64,000 nucleotides of DNA from Alphaproteobacteria bacterium (GTDB lineage Bacteria > Pseudomonadota > Alphaproteobacteria > MPNO01): positions 32,001 through 96,000 of the forward strand of contig CBDFLJ010000001.1 of assembly GCA_965248835.1 (NCBI GenBank). The letters run 5' to 3'. This document shows positions 32,355 through 41,120 of this stretch, in pieces. A program made the position numbers and the translations under genes. Below the pieces are notes generated by a model. The model saw only the letters and a program-made list of their open reading frames with translations, did no database searches and was not told where the DNA came from. Numbering within the stretch: the stretch's first letter is position 1; every line of letters begins with the position of its first letter.

Positions 32355-34394
32355 GTGAATATCGATGGTCTTTTGGGGCATGTTCCACACAAGCTGGATC
32401 GGCATTTGTCTCGGATCGACGACGTCGACGACATCGACGCATTGGTGAACGGAATCCTCGGCGCGCCCGAGGCGACGGACCCCGCCGGATGGCTGTGCCT
32501 GATCGATCCGCTCCCTGATGCGGAGCAAGCGGCCGCGCTGCTGGCCCGGGTGGCGCGCGCCCGCGCCGAGGACCAGACCGGGCTCGGGACGAGCCCGGCC
32601 CCGCCGGAGCGCCTGGCGGCGCTGCGCGCGGAGCTCGCCCGCCGCGGACTGGACGGGTTCGTGGTGCCGCTGGCCGACGAGCATCAGGGCGAGTTCGTGC
32701 CGCCGCGTGCCCAGCGTCTGGCCTGGCTGACTGGCTTCACCGGATCGGCCGGGCTGGCGATCGTGCTGGCGGAGACTGCCGCGATCTTCGTCGACGGCCG
32801 CTACACGCTGCAGGTCGAAAGCCAGATCGATACCGGATCCTTCCGCCCGCTTCACCTCACCGAGCAGCCGCCGGCCGCCTGGCTGGCCAAGACCCTCCCG
32901 GCCGGGGCCAGGCTCGGCTACGACCCCTGGCTCCACACCCTGGACGGTCTGGCGCGGCTGGAGACGGCGTGCGCCGACGCCGGTGCCGCCGTGGTCCCGG
33001 TGAGCGACAACCCGATCGATGCGGTCTGGTCGACCCAGCCCGCACCGCCGATCTCGCCGGCCGTGCCGCACGGCGCGGACTATGCCGGGCTCGACTCCGC
33101 GGCCAAGCGTGCCGCGCTCGCCGAGACTCTGAGCGCGCGCGAGATCGACGCGGTGGTCCTCAGCGCGCCGGACTCGATCGCCTGGCTGCTCAACATGCGC
33201 GGCGCGGATGTCCCCAACACGCCGCTGGTGCTGTCGTTTGCGATCCTGGAATCATCGGGCGCGGTCGCTTTGTTCGTCGATCCGCGCAAGATCACCAAGG
33301 CGCTGTCCGCTTCCTTCGCCGGGGCGGTCGCAGTCCAATCCTTCGCCGGCCTCGGCGCGGCGCTCGACAGCCTGGGCAAGGCCGGCCGCGCGGTCCAGAT
33401 CGATCCCCAGACCGCGCCGGTCTGGATCGCCCATCGCCTGAGGGAGGCCGGATGCGAACCGGTGCGGAGGCCCGATCCCTGCACGATGCCCAAGGCCTGC
33501 AAGAACACGGTCGAGCTTGCCGGCACGCGGGCCGCGCACGTCCGGGACGGCCGCGCCCTGGCCCGGTTTCTCGCCTGGCTCGATTCGGCCGTCCCCTCCG
33601 GCGCGGTCACCGAACTCGAAGCCAGCCGGGAGCTCTACCGCGCGCGCGCCGCAGACCCGTTGTTCCGCGGGGTAAGCTTCGATGCCATCGCCGGCGCCGG
33701 ACCCAACGGGGCGATCGTCCACTACCGGGTCGACGAAGCGTCCAACCGGATCCTGGAGCCGGGCTCGATTTTCCTGATCGATTCGGGGGGCCAGTATCTC
33801 GACGGCACCACCGACGTGACGCGGACCGTCCATATCCGAACCTTCGACGGCGCGCCGGCTTCGGCCGAAGTGCGCGACCGCTTCACACGCGTGCTCAAGG
33901 GGCATATCGCGGTGGCGCGCGCGGTGTTCCCGTGCGGCGTCAACGGCGGCCAGCTCGACACGCTGGCGCGCGCGGCGTTGTGGCAAGCCGGGCTCGACTA
34001 CGACCACGGCACCGGCCACGGCGTGGGCAGCTTCCTCGGCGTCCACGAGGGGCCGCAGCGGATCTCCAAAGCCGGCGCCTCGGTCGCGCTGGCGCCGGGC
34101 ATGATCCTTTCCAACGAGCCCGGCTACTACAAGACCGGCGCCTACGGCATCCGGATCGAGAATCTGGTCATCGTCGTCGAGCACGAGCCCGTCGCCGGCG
34201 CCGACCGTCCGCTGCTGGCAATGGAGACCATCACCTTCGCTCCGATCGACCGCGCTCTGATAGAGCGGGCGCTGATGTCCCCGGACGAGATCGCCTGGCT
34301 CGACCAATACCACGAAACGGTGTTCGCCAAGCTCGCCCCGGGTCTGGACGAGCGCACGACCGGGTGGCTTGGCGCGGCCTGCGCACCGCTCTAA
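32355..34394 (+). CDS. Aminopeptidase P family (Xaa-Pro aminopeptidase, M24B)
   Basis: LTGFTGSAG, FVDGRY, DSGGQYLDGTTDVTRT, HGTGHGVG..VHEGP, SNEPGYY, GIRIEN. Start uncertain. Confidence 0.92.
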   Translation: MNIDGLLGHVPHKLDRHLSRIDDVDDIDALVNGILGAPEATDPAGWLCLIDPLPDAEQAAALLARVARARAEDQTGLGTSPAPPERLAALRAELARRGLDGFVVPLADEHQGEFVPPRAQRLAWLTGFTGSAGLAIVLAETAAIFVDGRYTLQVESQIDTGSFRPLHLTEQPPAAWLAKTLPAGARLGYDPWLHTLDGLARLETACADAGAAVVPVSDNPIDAVWSTQPAPPISPAVPHGADYAGLDSAAKRAALAETLSAREIDAVVLSAPDSIAWLLNMRGADVPNTPLVLSFAILESSGAVALFVDPRKITKALSASFAGAVAVQSFAGLGAALDSLGKAGRAVQIDPQTAPVWIAHRLREAGCEPVRRPDPCTMPKACKNTVELAGTRAAHVRDGRALARFLAWLDSAVPSGAVTELEASRELYRARAADPLFRGVSFDAIAGAGPNGAIVHYRVDEASNRILEPGSIFLIDSGGQYLDGTTDVTRTVHIRTFDGAPASAEVRDRFTRVLKGHIAVARAVFPCGVNGGQLDTLARAALWQAGLDYDHGTGHGVGSFLGVHEGPQRISKAGASVALAPGMILSNEPGYYKTGAYGIRIENLVIVVEHEPVAGADRPLLAMETITFAPIDRALIERALMSPDEIAWLDQYHETVFAKLAPGLDERTTGWLGAACAPL

Positions 34395-35644
34395 GCGCCC
34401 GGATAGCGTTCGGCATAGGCCGCTTGGGCAGCCCGGAAGCATTCGATCGGCGCCCGGACGACGCCGGCGCCGATCTGCCCACCGTCGCGGCCGGCGATTC
34501 CGATATCCATCACCGGCAGGATTCCGGTCTCGACCACGCGGTGGATGTCGATGCCGGTGGGCGTGCCGCGGTAGCCGAGATAGGGGATCTTGTAGTCCGG
34601 GTTCTCGCCGTGGGTGATCGCGTACATCTCCAGGTTGCGGGCGACCATCGCCTCGGCCGAGCCGCCCTGGTAGCGCTGCAGCGGGAACGAGGCGGCCTGG
34701 GCGAAGCCGCCGATCCCGATGGTCTCGGCGATGATGCTCTCGCCGCCCATCCAGGTGATCTCGTCCTCGCCATGGCCCTCGAACAGCTTGGCCGACACCG
34801 AAGCGTGCGGGCCGGTGAACCACCGCCTGCCGAGCCCGCTGACCCGGATCGCGAAGTTGCGGCAGTTGAAGGCCATGGCGCTCACCAGGCTCGAGCCCAC
34901 GATGTCCGCGGCCGCGTCGGCGGTGCACTTGGCCGCTGCCATCGACAGCCGGAGAAAGAAGTAGTGATCCTCGGTCAGCGCCCGGACGGTCTGCTCGACC
35001 GCTTCGTGCCGGGCGGGGTCGATACGCAGCAGGTACGCGAACAGTTCGCACGCGAACAATAGCGAGGCCGCGGTATTGCGGCTGTGCAGCTCATCGCCCA
35101 TATGGAGCCCGCGCTGCATGATCGGCTTGAGCGGGATGCCGCCGCTCGCGCGCACCGCATCGGCGATCACCGGAGCAACGACGTCCTGAACGAACAGCAG
35201 CCGGTCCCTGACGCCGTGATCGTAGACGCCGTAGTTCAGCCGGCGCGGGTTCGTGCCCTCGTACATGTTGCAGTAGCCGGTCTTGCCGGTCGCCCTGTTC
35301 TCGACCACGAAGACCGGCATCGAGGCGGTATAGATCCCGGCGAGCGAGCCGACGCAGCCGTAATCGTGGCAGCCGTCGACCTTGATCTCGCCCGAGGCGA
35401 GCTTGCGCTCGGCCTCATCGCGGTCGGCCGCCAAGCCCTCGAACAGCGCGCCGCCGATAACCGCTTCGCGCTGCCCGCCCGTGTAGTCCGGCCAGGAGAG
35501 CGCGGGTCCCGAGGTCAGCACGGTCTCCCGCGTCATGCCGGGCAAGGCCTCGATCGCCGGTCGGATGTCGGTCAGCACCGGTTCGGCCGCGCCGAGCCGA
35601 CTGAACGCCTCGTCGTTGGCCGCCCGTCGATCGATCGGTGCCAC
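34391..35644 (-). CDS. DUF1116 / YlbE (AllG-like) protein
   Basis: VGSLAGIYTASMPV, MGDELHSRN, GESIIAETIGIG, GTPTGID, GQIGAG motifs. Confidence 0.82.
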   Translation of the reverse strand: MAPIDRRAANDEAFSRLGAAEPVLTDIRPAIEALPGMTRETVLTSGPALSWPDYTGGQREAVIGGALFEGLAADRDEAERKLASGEIKVDGCHDYGCVGSLAGIYTASMPVFVVENRATGKTGYCNMYEGTNPRRLNYGVYDHGVRDRLLFVQDVVAPVIADAVRASGGIPLKPIMQRGLHMGDELHSRNTAASLLFACELFAYLLRIDPARHEAVEQTVRALTEDHYFFLRLSMAAAKCTADAAADIVGSSLVSAMAFNCRNFAIRVSGLGRRWFTGPHASVSAKLFEGHGEDEITWMGGESIIAETIGIGGFAQAASFPLQRYQGGSAEAMVARNLEMYAITHGENPDYKIPYLGYRGTPTGIDIHRVVETGILPVMDIGIAGRDGGQIGAGVVRAPIECFRAAQAAYAERYPGA

Positions 35645-35679
35645 GAAAGAGTCCGGAAGTTGGCGCGGCGGAGGCCCGC

Positions 35680-36306
35680 TTACGCGGCGAGACTGGCGAG
35701 ATTATTGACCAGGAAGACCAGCCCTACGCCCAGCACCGCACCGCCCGCGATCCGCACCGGTTTCGCGTTCAGGGCGGCAACTTCGTCCAGGCGCAGGAGA
35801 CCGACCACCCCGGCGGCAATCGCGTACTGGACCGCGACCAGACCGATGAGATAGGCGATCAAGGGCGCCGCCTCGGCGCCGAGAATGCTCTCGCCGTAGG
35901 CGTAGCCGTGAAACAGCCCGGCGAGCGCGAACAGCACCGCCGAGACCGTCACCGGCAGGGAGCGCGCGCGGATGGCGAGCCCGCCGAGCACGATCACCGA
36001 CAGCGCGATTGCGAACTCGGCGCTCGGCATGCCGAGCGCCGCCAGGTGGAAGCCGATGCCGATGATCATCGCCGCCAGAAAACAGGCCGGCAACGCGTAG
36101 GCACGGCGATGAAGTGAAGCGATTAGCCCGACGGCGACCACGAACGCAAAATGGTCGAGCCCGATGATCGGATGGCCGAAACCGGACAGGAGCCCTTGAA
36201 GGAAGGTCTGCGGGAGCGTCCCGTCCATTGCGTGATGGGCATGAGCGGTCGCGGAAAATGCCGACAACGACACCACGATTCCAAGGCACAGCCGAAGATT
36301 CCTCAT
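35680..36306 (-). CDS. HupE/UreJ family Ni/Co permease
   Basis: Signal peptide ending AHA followed by HH, SGFGHPIIGLDH, FHGYAYGE. Confidence 0.9.
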   Translation of the reverse strand: MRNLRLCLGIVVSLSAFSATAHAHHAMDGTLPQTFLQGLLSGFGHPIIGLDHFAFVVAVGLIASLHRRAYALPACFLAAMIIGIGFHLAALGMPSAEFAIALSVIVLGGLAIRARSLPVTVSAVLFALAGLFHGYAYGESILGAEAAPLIAYLIGLVAVQYAIAAGVVGLLRLDEVAALNAKPVRIAGGAVLGVGLVFLVNNLASLAA

Positions 36307-36371
36307 CGATGCTCTCCCGGTTACGCCCGCGAATTAGCGTCACCGCAAACCGGCCTGTCAATGCTGAGCTG

Positions 36372-37364
36372 CTATTCGAAAGGCAGCAGCACGCTTGCCC
36401 CGGTCGTGCGGCGCCCCTCGATAGCGCGGTGGGCCTCGGCGACCTCGCGGAGCGGGTAAAGATGGTTGATCGCCGGCTTCACCGCGCCGGAGGCGACCAC
36501 CGAGAACAGGTCTCGCGCGCCGGCTACCATGTCGGCGCGCTTGGCCATGTAGTGCATGATCGCCGGACGGGTCAGGAACAACGAGCCGCGGGCGCCGAGC
36601 TCGATCACGTCGACCGGGTCCGGTGCGCCGGACGCATGGCCATAGCTCGCCATCATGCCCAACGGGCGCAGGCAGTCCATCGAGCGCCGGAATGTGTCCT
36701 TGCCGATGGACTCGTAGACCACCGCGCAGCCTTCGCCGCCGGTCACCTCCTTGACGGTGGCAACGAAGTCGCCCTTGCCGTGGACGATCGGGTGATCGCA
36801 GCCGGCCGCGCGGGCCTGGGCCGCCTTGTCCTCGCTGCTGACGGTGCCGATGACGGTCGCCCCCAGATGTTTGCCCCACTGGCACAGGATCTGGCCCATC
36901 CCGCCGGCCGCGGCATGGACCAGGATCGCATCGCCCGGCTGGACCCGGTGGGTCCGCCGCAGAAGGTATTGAGCGGTCAGTCCCTTGAGCATCAGGGCGG
37001 CGACCGTCCGCGCGTCGATCCCCTCGGGCACGGCGAGCAGCTTGTCCGCCGGATAGACCCGCTCCTGGCTGTAGGCGCCGTGCGGCGGCATGGCATAGCC
37101 GACCCGGTCGCCCGGCTTGAAGTCGACCACCCCGGGGCCGGTGTCCGTGACCACGCCCGCGCCCTCGAACCCGAGCACCAGGGGCAGGTCGGGCACCGGC
37201 CAGGGATGCGGCATGCCGCGCCGGTGGTAGGTATCGACATAGTTGACTCCGACCGCCTCGTTGCGCAGCCGGACCTCGCCCGGTCCCGGGTCGGGAACCG
37301 CGACCTCCTCCCAGCGGAAGACGTCCGGCGTGCCCTTTTCGTGGATGACCGCGGCCATCGGCAT
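36372..37364 (-). CDS. Quinone oxidoreductase (zeta-crystallin/MDR family)
   Basis: GVNYVDTYHRRG, LKGLTAQYLL, HAAAGGMG, GSLFLTRP. Confidence 0.92.
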   Translation of the reverse strand: MPMAAVIHEKGTPDVFRWEEVAVPDPGPGEVRLRNEAVGVNYVDTYHRRGMPHPWPVPDLPLVLGFEGAGVVTDTGPGVVDFKPGDRVGYAMPPHGAYSQERVYPADKLLAVPEGIDARTVAALMLKGLTAQYLLRRTHRVQPGDAILVHAAAGGMGQILCQWGKHLGATVIGTVSSEDKAAQARAAGCDHPIVHGKGDFVATVKEVTGGEGCAVVYESIGKDTFRRSMDCLRPLGMMASYGHASGAPDPVDVIELGARGSLFLTRPAIMHYMAKRADMVAGARDLFSVVASGAVKPAINHLYPLREVAEAHRAIEGRRTTGASVLLPFE

Positions 37365-37484
37365 GTGTGCAAATCCCCCGTGAAACCGCCTGTTCGGTCA
37401 CATTACTGGAGCGCCCGCGCGATTGCGACCGGACCGGCCATCGGACATACTCCGCCGGTTCGAACGGTGCGGGAGGCAGAGCCG

Positions 37485-38342
37485 ATGGAGTTTCACGACC
37501 CGACGACGGTCGGCGAAGCGGTCGCGCTGCTCGCCGCCGACGAAGAGGCGCGCTGCCTTGCCGGCGGGGCGACGCTGGTCGCGATGATGAATGCCGATCT
37601 GGTCATGCCTTCAGCGCTGGTGAGCCTGCGCCATATCGCCGATCTCAAGGGCATCATGCCGCAATCCGACGGCGCGCTGCGGATCGGCGCGATGACCTCG
37701 CACCATACGGTCGCGACCGCCGAAGCGCTGTCCGGCGCGCACGTGCTGTTGCGCCAGACCGCGCGGGTGATCGGCCATCCGGCGATCCGCAACATGGGAA
37801 CGATCGGCGGCTCGATCGGCCATGGCGACCCGGCCGCCGACTACCCGGGCGCGCTGGTCGCGCTCGATGCCGCAGTCGAGATCGCGGGGCCCGAGGGCAC
37901 CCGGACGGTCGCGGCGGAGGACTTCTTCATCGACTATCTGGAAGTCGCGCTCGAGCCGGGCGAGCTGATTACCGCGGTCACGCTGCCCCCCTCGCCCGCC
38001 GGCGCTTCGGGCGGCTACGAGAAGTTCGCCCGGGTCGAGGGCGATTACGCCACCGTCTCGGTCGCCGCGGTCGTCGCAATGGATGGCGATCGCTGCGGTT
38101 CGATCCGGGTCGCGGTGGGAAGCTGCGGGCCGAAGCCGGTGCGCGTGGCCGCGGCCGAGGACCGGCTCAAGGGCTCGGCGCTCGATCGGGCGGCCATCGA
38201 GGAGGCTGCGGCGATGATCGCCCAGGCGTGCGATCCGGTCGATGACGTGCGCGGGTCGAGTGAATACCGGTTGATGCTGATCCCGCCGCTGCTTGGCCGC
38301 GCGATTGCCAAGGCGCGGGCCGGCGAAGGGGCAGGCCGATGA
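37485..38342 (+). CDS. Xanthine dehydrogenase family FAD-binding (medium) subunit
   Basis: LAGGATL, IRNMGTIGGS, DVRGSSEYR. Confidence 0.9.
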   Translation: MEFHDPTTVGEAVALLAADEEARCLAGGATLVAMMNADLVMPSALVSLRHIADLKGIMPQSDGALRIGAMTSHHTVATAEALSGAHVLLRQTARVIGHPAIRNMGTIGGSIGHGDPAADYPGALVALDAAVEIAGPEGTRTVAAEDFFIDYLEVALEPGELITAVTLPPSPAGASGGYEKFARVEGDYATVSVAAVVAMDGDRCGSIRVAVGSCGPKPVRVAAAEDRLKGSALDRAAIEEAAAMIAQACDPVDDVRGSSEYRLMLIPPLLGRAIAKARAGEGAGR

Positions 38343-38815
38343 ACGATGCGATCTCGATCACACTCAACGTCAACGGCCGCGCGCGCCAGATGTTCGTCCA
38401 GCCCTGGCACACGCTGCTCCAGGTGCTGCGCGAGCAGGTCTCCCTGACCGGCGCCAAGCGCGGTTGCAACCAGGGCGTCTGCGGCGCCTGCTCGGTGCTG
38501 ATCGACGGCGAGGTTGCGCGCGGCTGCCTGACGCTTGCGGTCAACGCGACGGGCCGGGAGATCACGACCATCGAGGGGCTGGGCGAGGCCGCGGCGCTGT
38601 CGCCGGTCCAGCAGGCCTTCCTCGAAAGCGGCGCGGTCCAGTGCGGGTTCTGCATGCCCGGCATGATCGTCGCCGCGACCGCGCTGCTCAGCCGCGCGCC
38701 GGAGCCGAGCGAGGCGGAGATCCGCGACGGGCTCTCAGGCAATCTGTGCCGCTGTTCCGGCTATGTGAAGGTCATCGAAGCGGTGCGCGCAGCAAGCACG
38801 GGGGGGGCGTCATGA
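38339..38815 (+). CDS. Xanthine dehydrogenase family [2Fe-2S] (small) subunit
   Basis: GCNQGVCGAC..C and QCGFC..GNLCRC. Confidence 0.93.
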   Translation: MNDAISITLNVNGRARQMFVQPWHTLLQVLREQVSLTGAKRGCNQGVCGACSVLIDGEVARGCLTLAVNATGREITTIEGLGEAAALSPVQQAFLESGAVQCGFCMPGMIVAATALLSRAPEPSEAEIRDGLSGNLCRCSGYVKVIEAVRAASTGGAS

Positions 38816-41118
38816 ACGATCGACAGGGACCCGTCGGACGCGGAATTCCCCGGCTGGAGACCGGCGACAAGATCACCGGCAGGGCGGTCTATTGCGACGA
38901 CATGACACGGCCGGGCATGCTGTTCGGGGTGATCGTTGCAAGCCCGCACGCCCATGCCCGGATCACCGGCTACGACGTCTCGGCCGCGCTCGCGCTCGAC
39001 GGCGTCGAGGCGGTGGTCACCGGCGAGGACATCGGTGCCAACCGGATCGGCCCCTTCATCAAGGACGAGACCGCGCTGGCGGTCGGCAAGGTCCGCTACA
39101 TGGGCGAGCCGGTGGCGGCCGTCGCCGCGGTCGACCTGGAGACCGCCAAGAAGGCCGCCGGCCTGATCGACATAAGCTATGAGGCGCTGCCGGCGGTCTT
39201 CACCCCGGAAGAGGCGACCGCCGAAGGCGCGCCGGTCCTGCACGACGGGTTCGCCGATTACATCAAGATATTCGAGGCCGATAGCGCGCCCAACACCATG
39301 GCGATCATCGAGATCGTCGAGGGCGATGTCGGCGCGGCCTGGGAGAAATGCGCCGCGGTGGTCGAGGGGACCTACGAGACCCAGGCCCAGGCCCATTCCT
39401 ACATGGAACCGTGCTCGGCGCTGGCCGAGATCGATTCCAACGGCAAGATCACCATCTGGTCGTCGAACCAATCGGTCTTCCACGTCCAGGCGTTCGTCGC
39501 CGATGCGCTGGGCATGCCGATGTCCAAGGTCCGCTGCGTGACTCCGCATGTGGGCGGGGCCTTCGGCGGCAAGATGGAACAGACCGTCCAGCCGGCCGCC
39601 GCGGCGCTGGCGCGGGCCACCGGCCGGCCGGTCAAGCTCACGCTGAGCCGCGAGCAGGACTTCGAGATGATCCGCTCGCGCCACCCGGGCAGGGTCTGGA
39701 TGAAGACCGGGGCCGCTTCCGACGGCACGCTGCTCGCCCGCGAGGTCAGGATCGTCATGGATGCCGGCGCCTATGCCGACGACAGCCCGGGCGTGGCCGG
39801 GATCGCGGCCCTGTTCTGCCGCGGTCCCTACCATATCGAGAATGTCTCGATCCAATCGCGGCCGGTCTATACCAACAAGCTGCGCGCCGGCGCCTTCCGC
39901 GGCTTCGGCGGCCCGCAGGTCGCGATCGCCGGCGAGACCCAAATCGATGAGATCGCCGACGCGCTGGGAATGGATCCGATCGACCTGCGGCTGAAGAACG
40001 TGGTGCGAGCGGAATCGGAATGGATGATGGGGCTCGCGCTCAACAAGGCCGGGCTCGGCGAATGCTTGCGGCGCGTGCGCGCGGCATCGGACTGGGACAA
40101 GCGGCGCAAGGAGGGCGGGATCGGCTTGGGCACCAGGCGCGGCATCGGGATCGCCTGCGTGCCGCACATCTCCGGCGTGCTGACCTCGGGCGCGATCATC
40201 CGCATCCTGGAGGACGGCACGGCGGTTCTCAACACCGGGGCCGTCGACAACGGCCAGGGCTCCGATACCGTCCTGGTCCAGATCTGCGCCGAGGCGCTCG
40301 GGCTCGAAGTCGAGGACGTGAGCGTGGCCACGCCGGATACCGACGGCTCGCCCTACAACTGGGGGACCACCGCGAGCCGGGTGACCTACATGGCCGGGCG
40401 CGCGGTCGTCAAGGCGGCCGAAGAGGTCGTTGCCAAGCTCAAGCAGCGCGCGGCGGTGATGATGGAGTGCGCCGAGGAGGATCTCGAGCTTCGCCCCGGC
40501 GGGCGCATCGGCATCGCCGGGGTACCCGAGGCCGAAGTCCGGTTCCGCGACATCTCCGGTTTCTCCCACTGGGTCGCCGGCGGGCCGGTGATCGGCACCG
40601 ACTCGCTGGCCTATGACGGCCCGGATTTCGACCCCAAGCGCGGGTTCGTGAAGGGATTCCCCTTCGGCAAGATCGGCGCCTGGATCTTCGCCGCCCAGGC
40701 CGTCGAGATCGAGGTCGACGAGGCGACGGGCCGGATCACGCCGCTCAGGGTCTGGTCGGCGCACGACGTCGGCAAGGCGATCAACCCGATGGCAGTAGAG
40801 GGCCAGATTCAGGGCGGCGTGGTCCAGGGGCTGGGATACGCGCTCTACGAGGAGATGGTCTGGGATTCCGGCCGGCTCGCGAACCCCTCCTTCATGGACT
40901 ACAAGATCCCCGGCACCATGGACGTCCCGCTGGAGATCGAGACCATCCTGGTCGAGGACGCGGACCGGGACGGCCCGTTCGGCGCCAAGGGAATCGGCGA
41001 GCCGCCGATCGTCGGCATCGCGCCGGCGATCTCGAACGCGGTGGCGCATGCGGCCGGAATCCGCCTCAAGCGCCTGCCGATGACGCCGGAGCGGGTGTTG
41101 AGGGCGCTGCGGCAATAG
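38812..41118 (+). CDS. Xanthine dehydrogenase family molybdopterin-binding (large) subunit
   Basis: GGAFGGK, AFRGFG, GQG, TTASR, VEGQIQGG, AKGIGEPP. Confidence 0.92.
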   Translation: MNDRQGPVGRGIPRLETGDKITGRAVYCDDMTRPGMLFGVIVASPHAHARITGYDVSAALALDGVEAVVTGEDIGANRIGPFIKDETALAVGKVRYMGEPVAAVAAVDLETAKKAAGLIDISYEALPAVFTPEEATAEGAPVLHDGFADYIKIFEADSAPNTMAIIEIVEGDVGAAWEKCAAVVEGTYETQAQAHSYMEPCSALAEIDSNGKITIWSSNQSVFHVQAFVADALGMPMSKVRCVTPHVGGAFGGKMEQTVQPAAAALARATGRPVKLTLSREQDFEMIRSRHPGRVWMKTGAASDGTLLAREVRIVMDAGAYADDSPGVAGIAALFCRGPYHIENVSIQSRPVYTNKLRAGAFRGFGGPQVAIAGETQIDEIADALGMDPIDLRLKNVVRAESEWMMGLALNKAGLGECLRRVRAASDWDKRRKEGGIGLGTRRGIGIACVPHISGVLTSGAIIRILEDGTAVLNTGAVDNGQGSDTVLVQICAEALGLEVEDVSVATPDTDGSPYNWGTTASRVTYMAGRAVVKAAEEVVAKLKQRAAVMMECAEEDLELRPGGRIGIAGVPEAEVRFRDISGFSHWVAGGPVIGTDSLAYDGPDFDPKRGFVKGFPFGKIGAWIFAAQAVEIEVDEATGRITPLRVWSAHDVGKAINPMAVEGQIQGGVVQGLGYALYEEMVWDSGRLANPSFMDYKIPGTMDVPLEIETILVEDADRDGPFGAKGIGEPPIVGIAPAISNAVAHAAGIRLKRLPMTPERVLRALRQ

Positions 41119-41120
41119 CC

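Noticed and set aside
37485-41118. Aerobic CO dehydrogenase (coxMSL) or 4-hydroxybenzoyl-CoA reductase
   Set aside because: The active-site loop is AFRGFG, not AYXCSFR or AYXGAGR, and the FAD subunit has no Cys-rich [4Fe-4S] insert.
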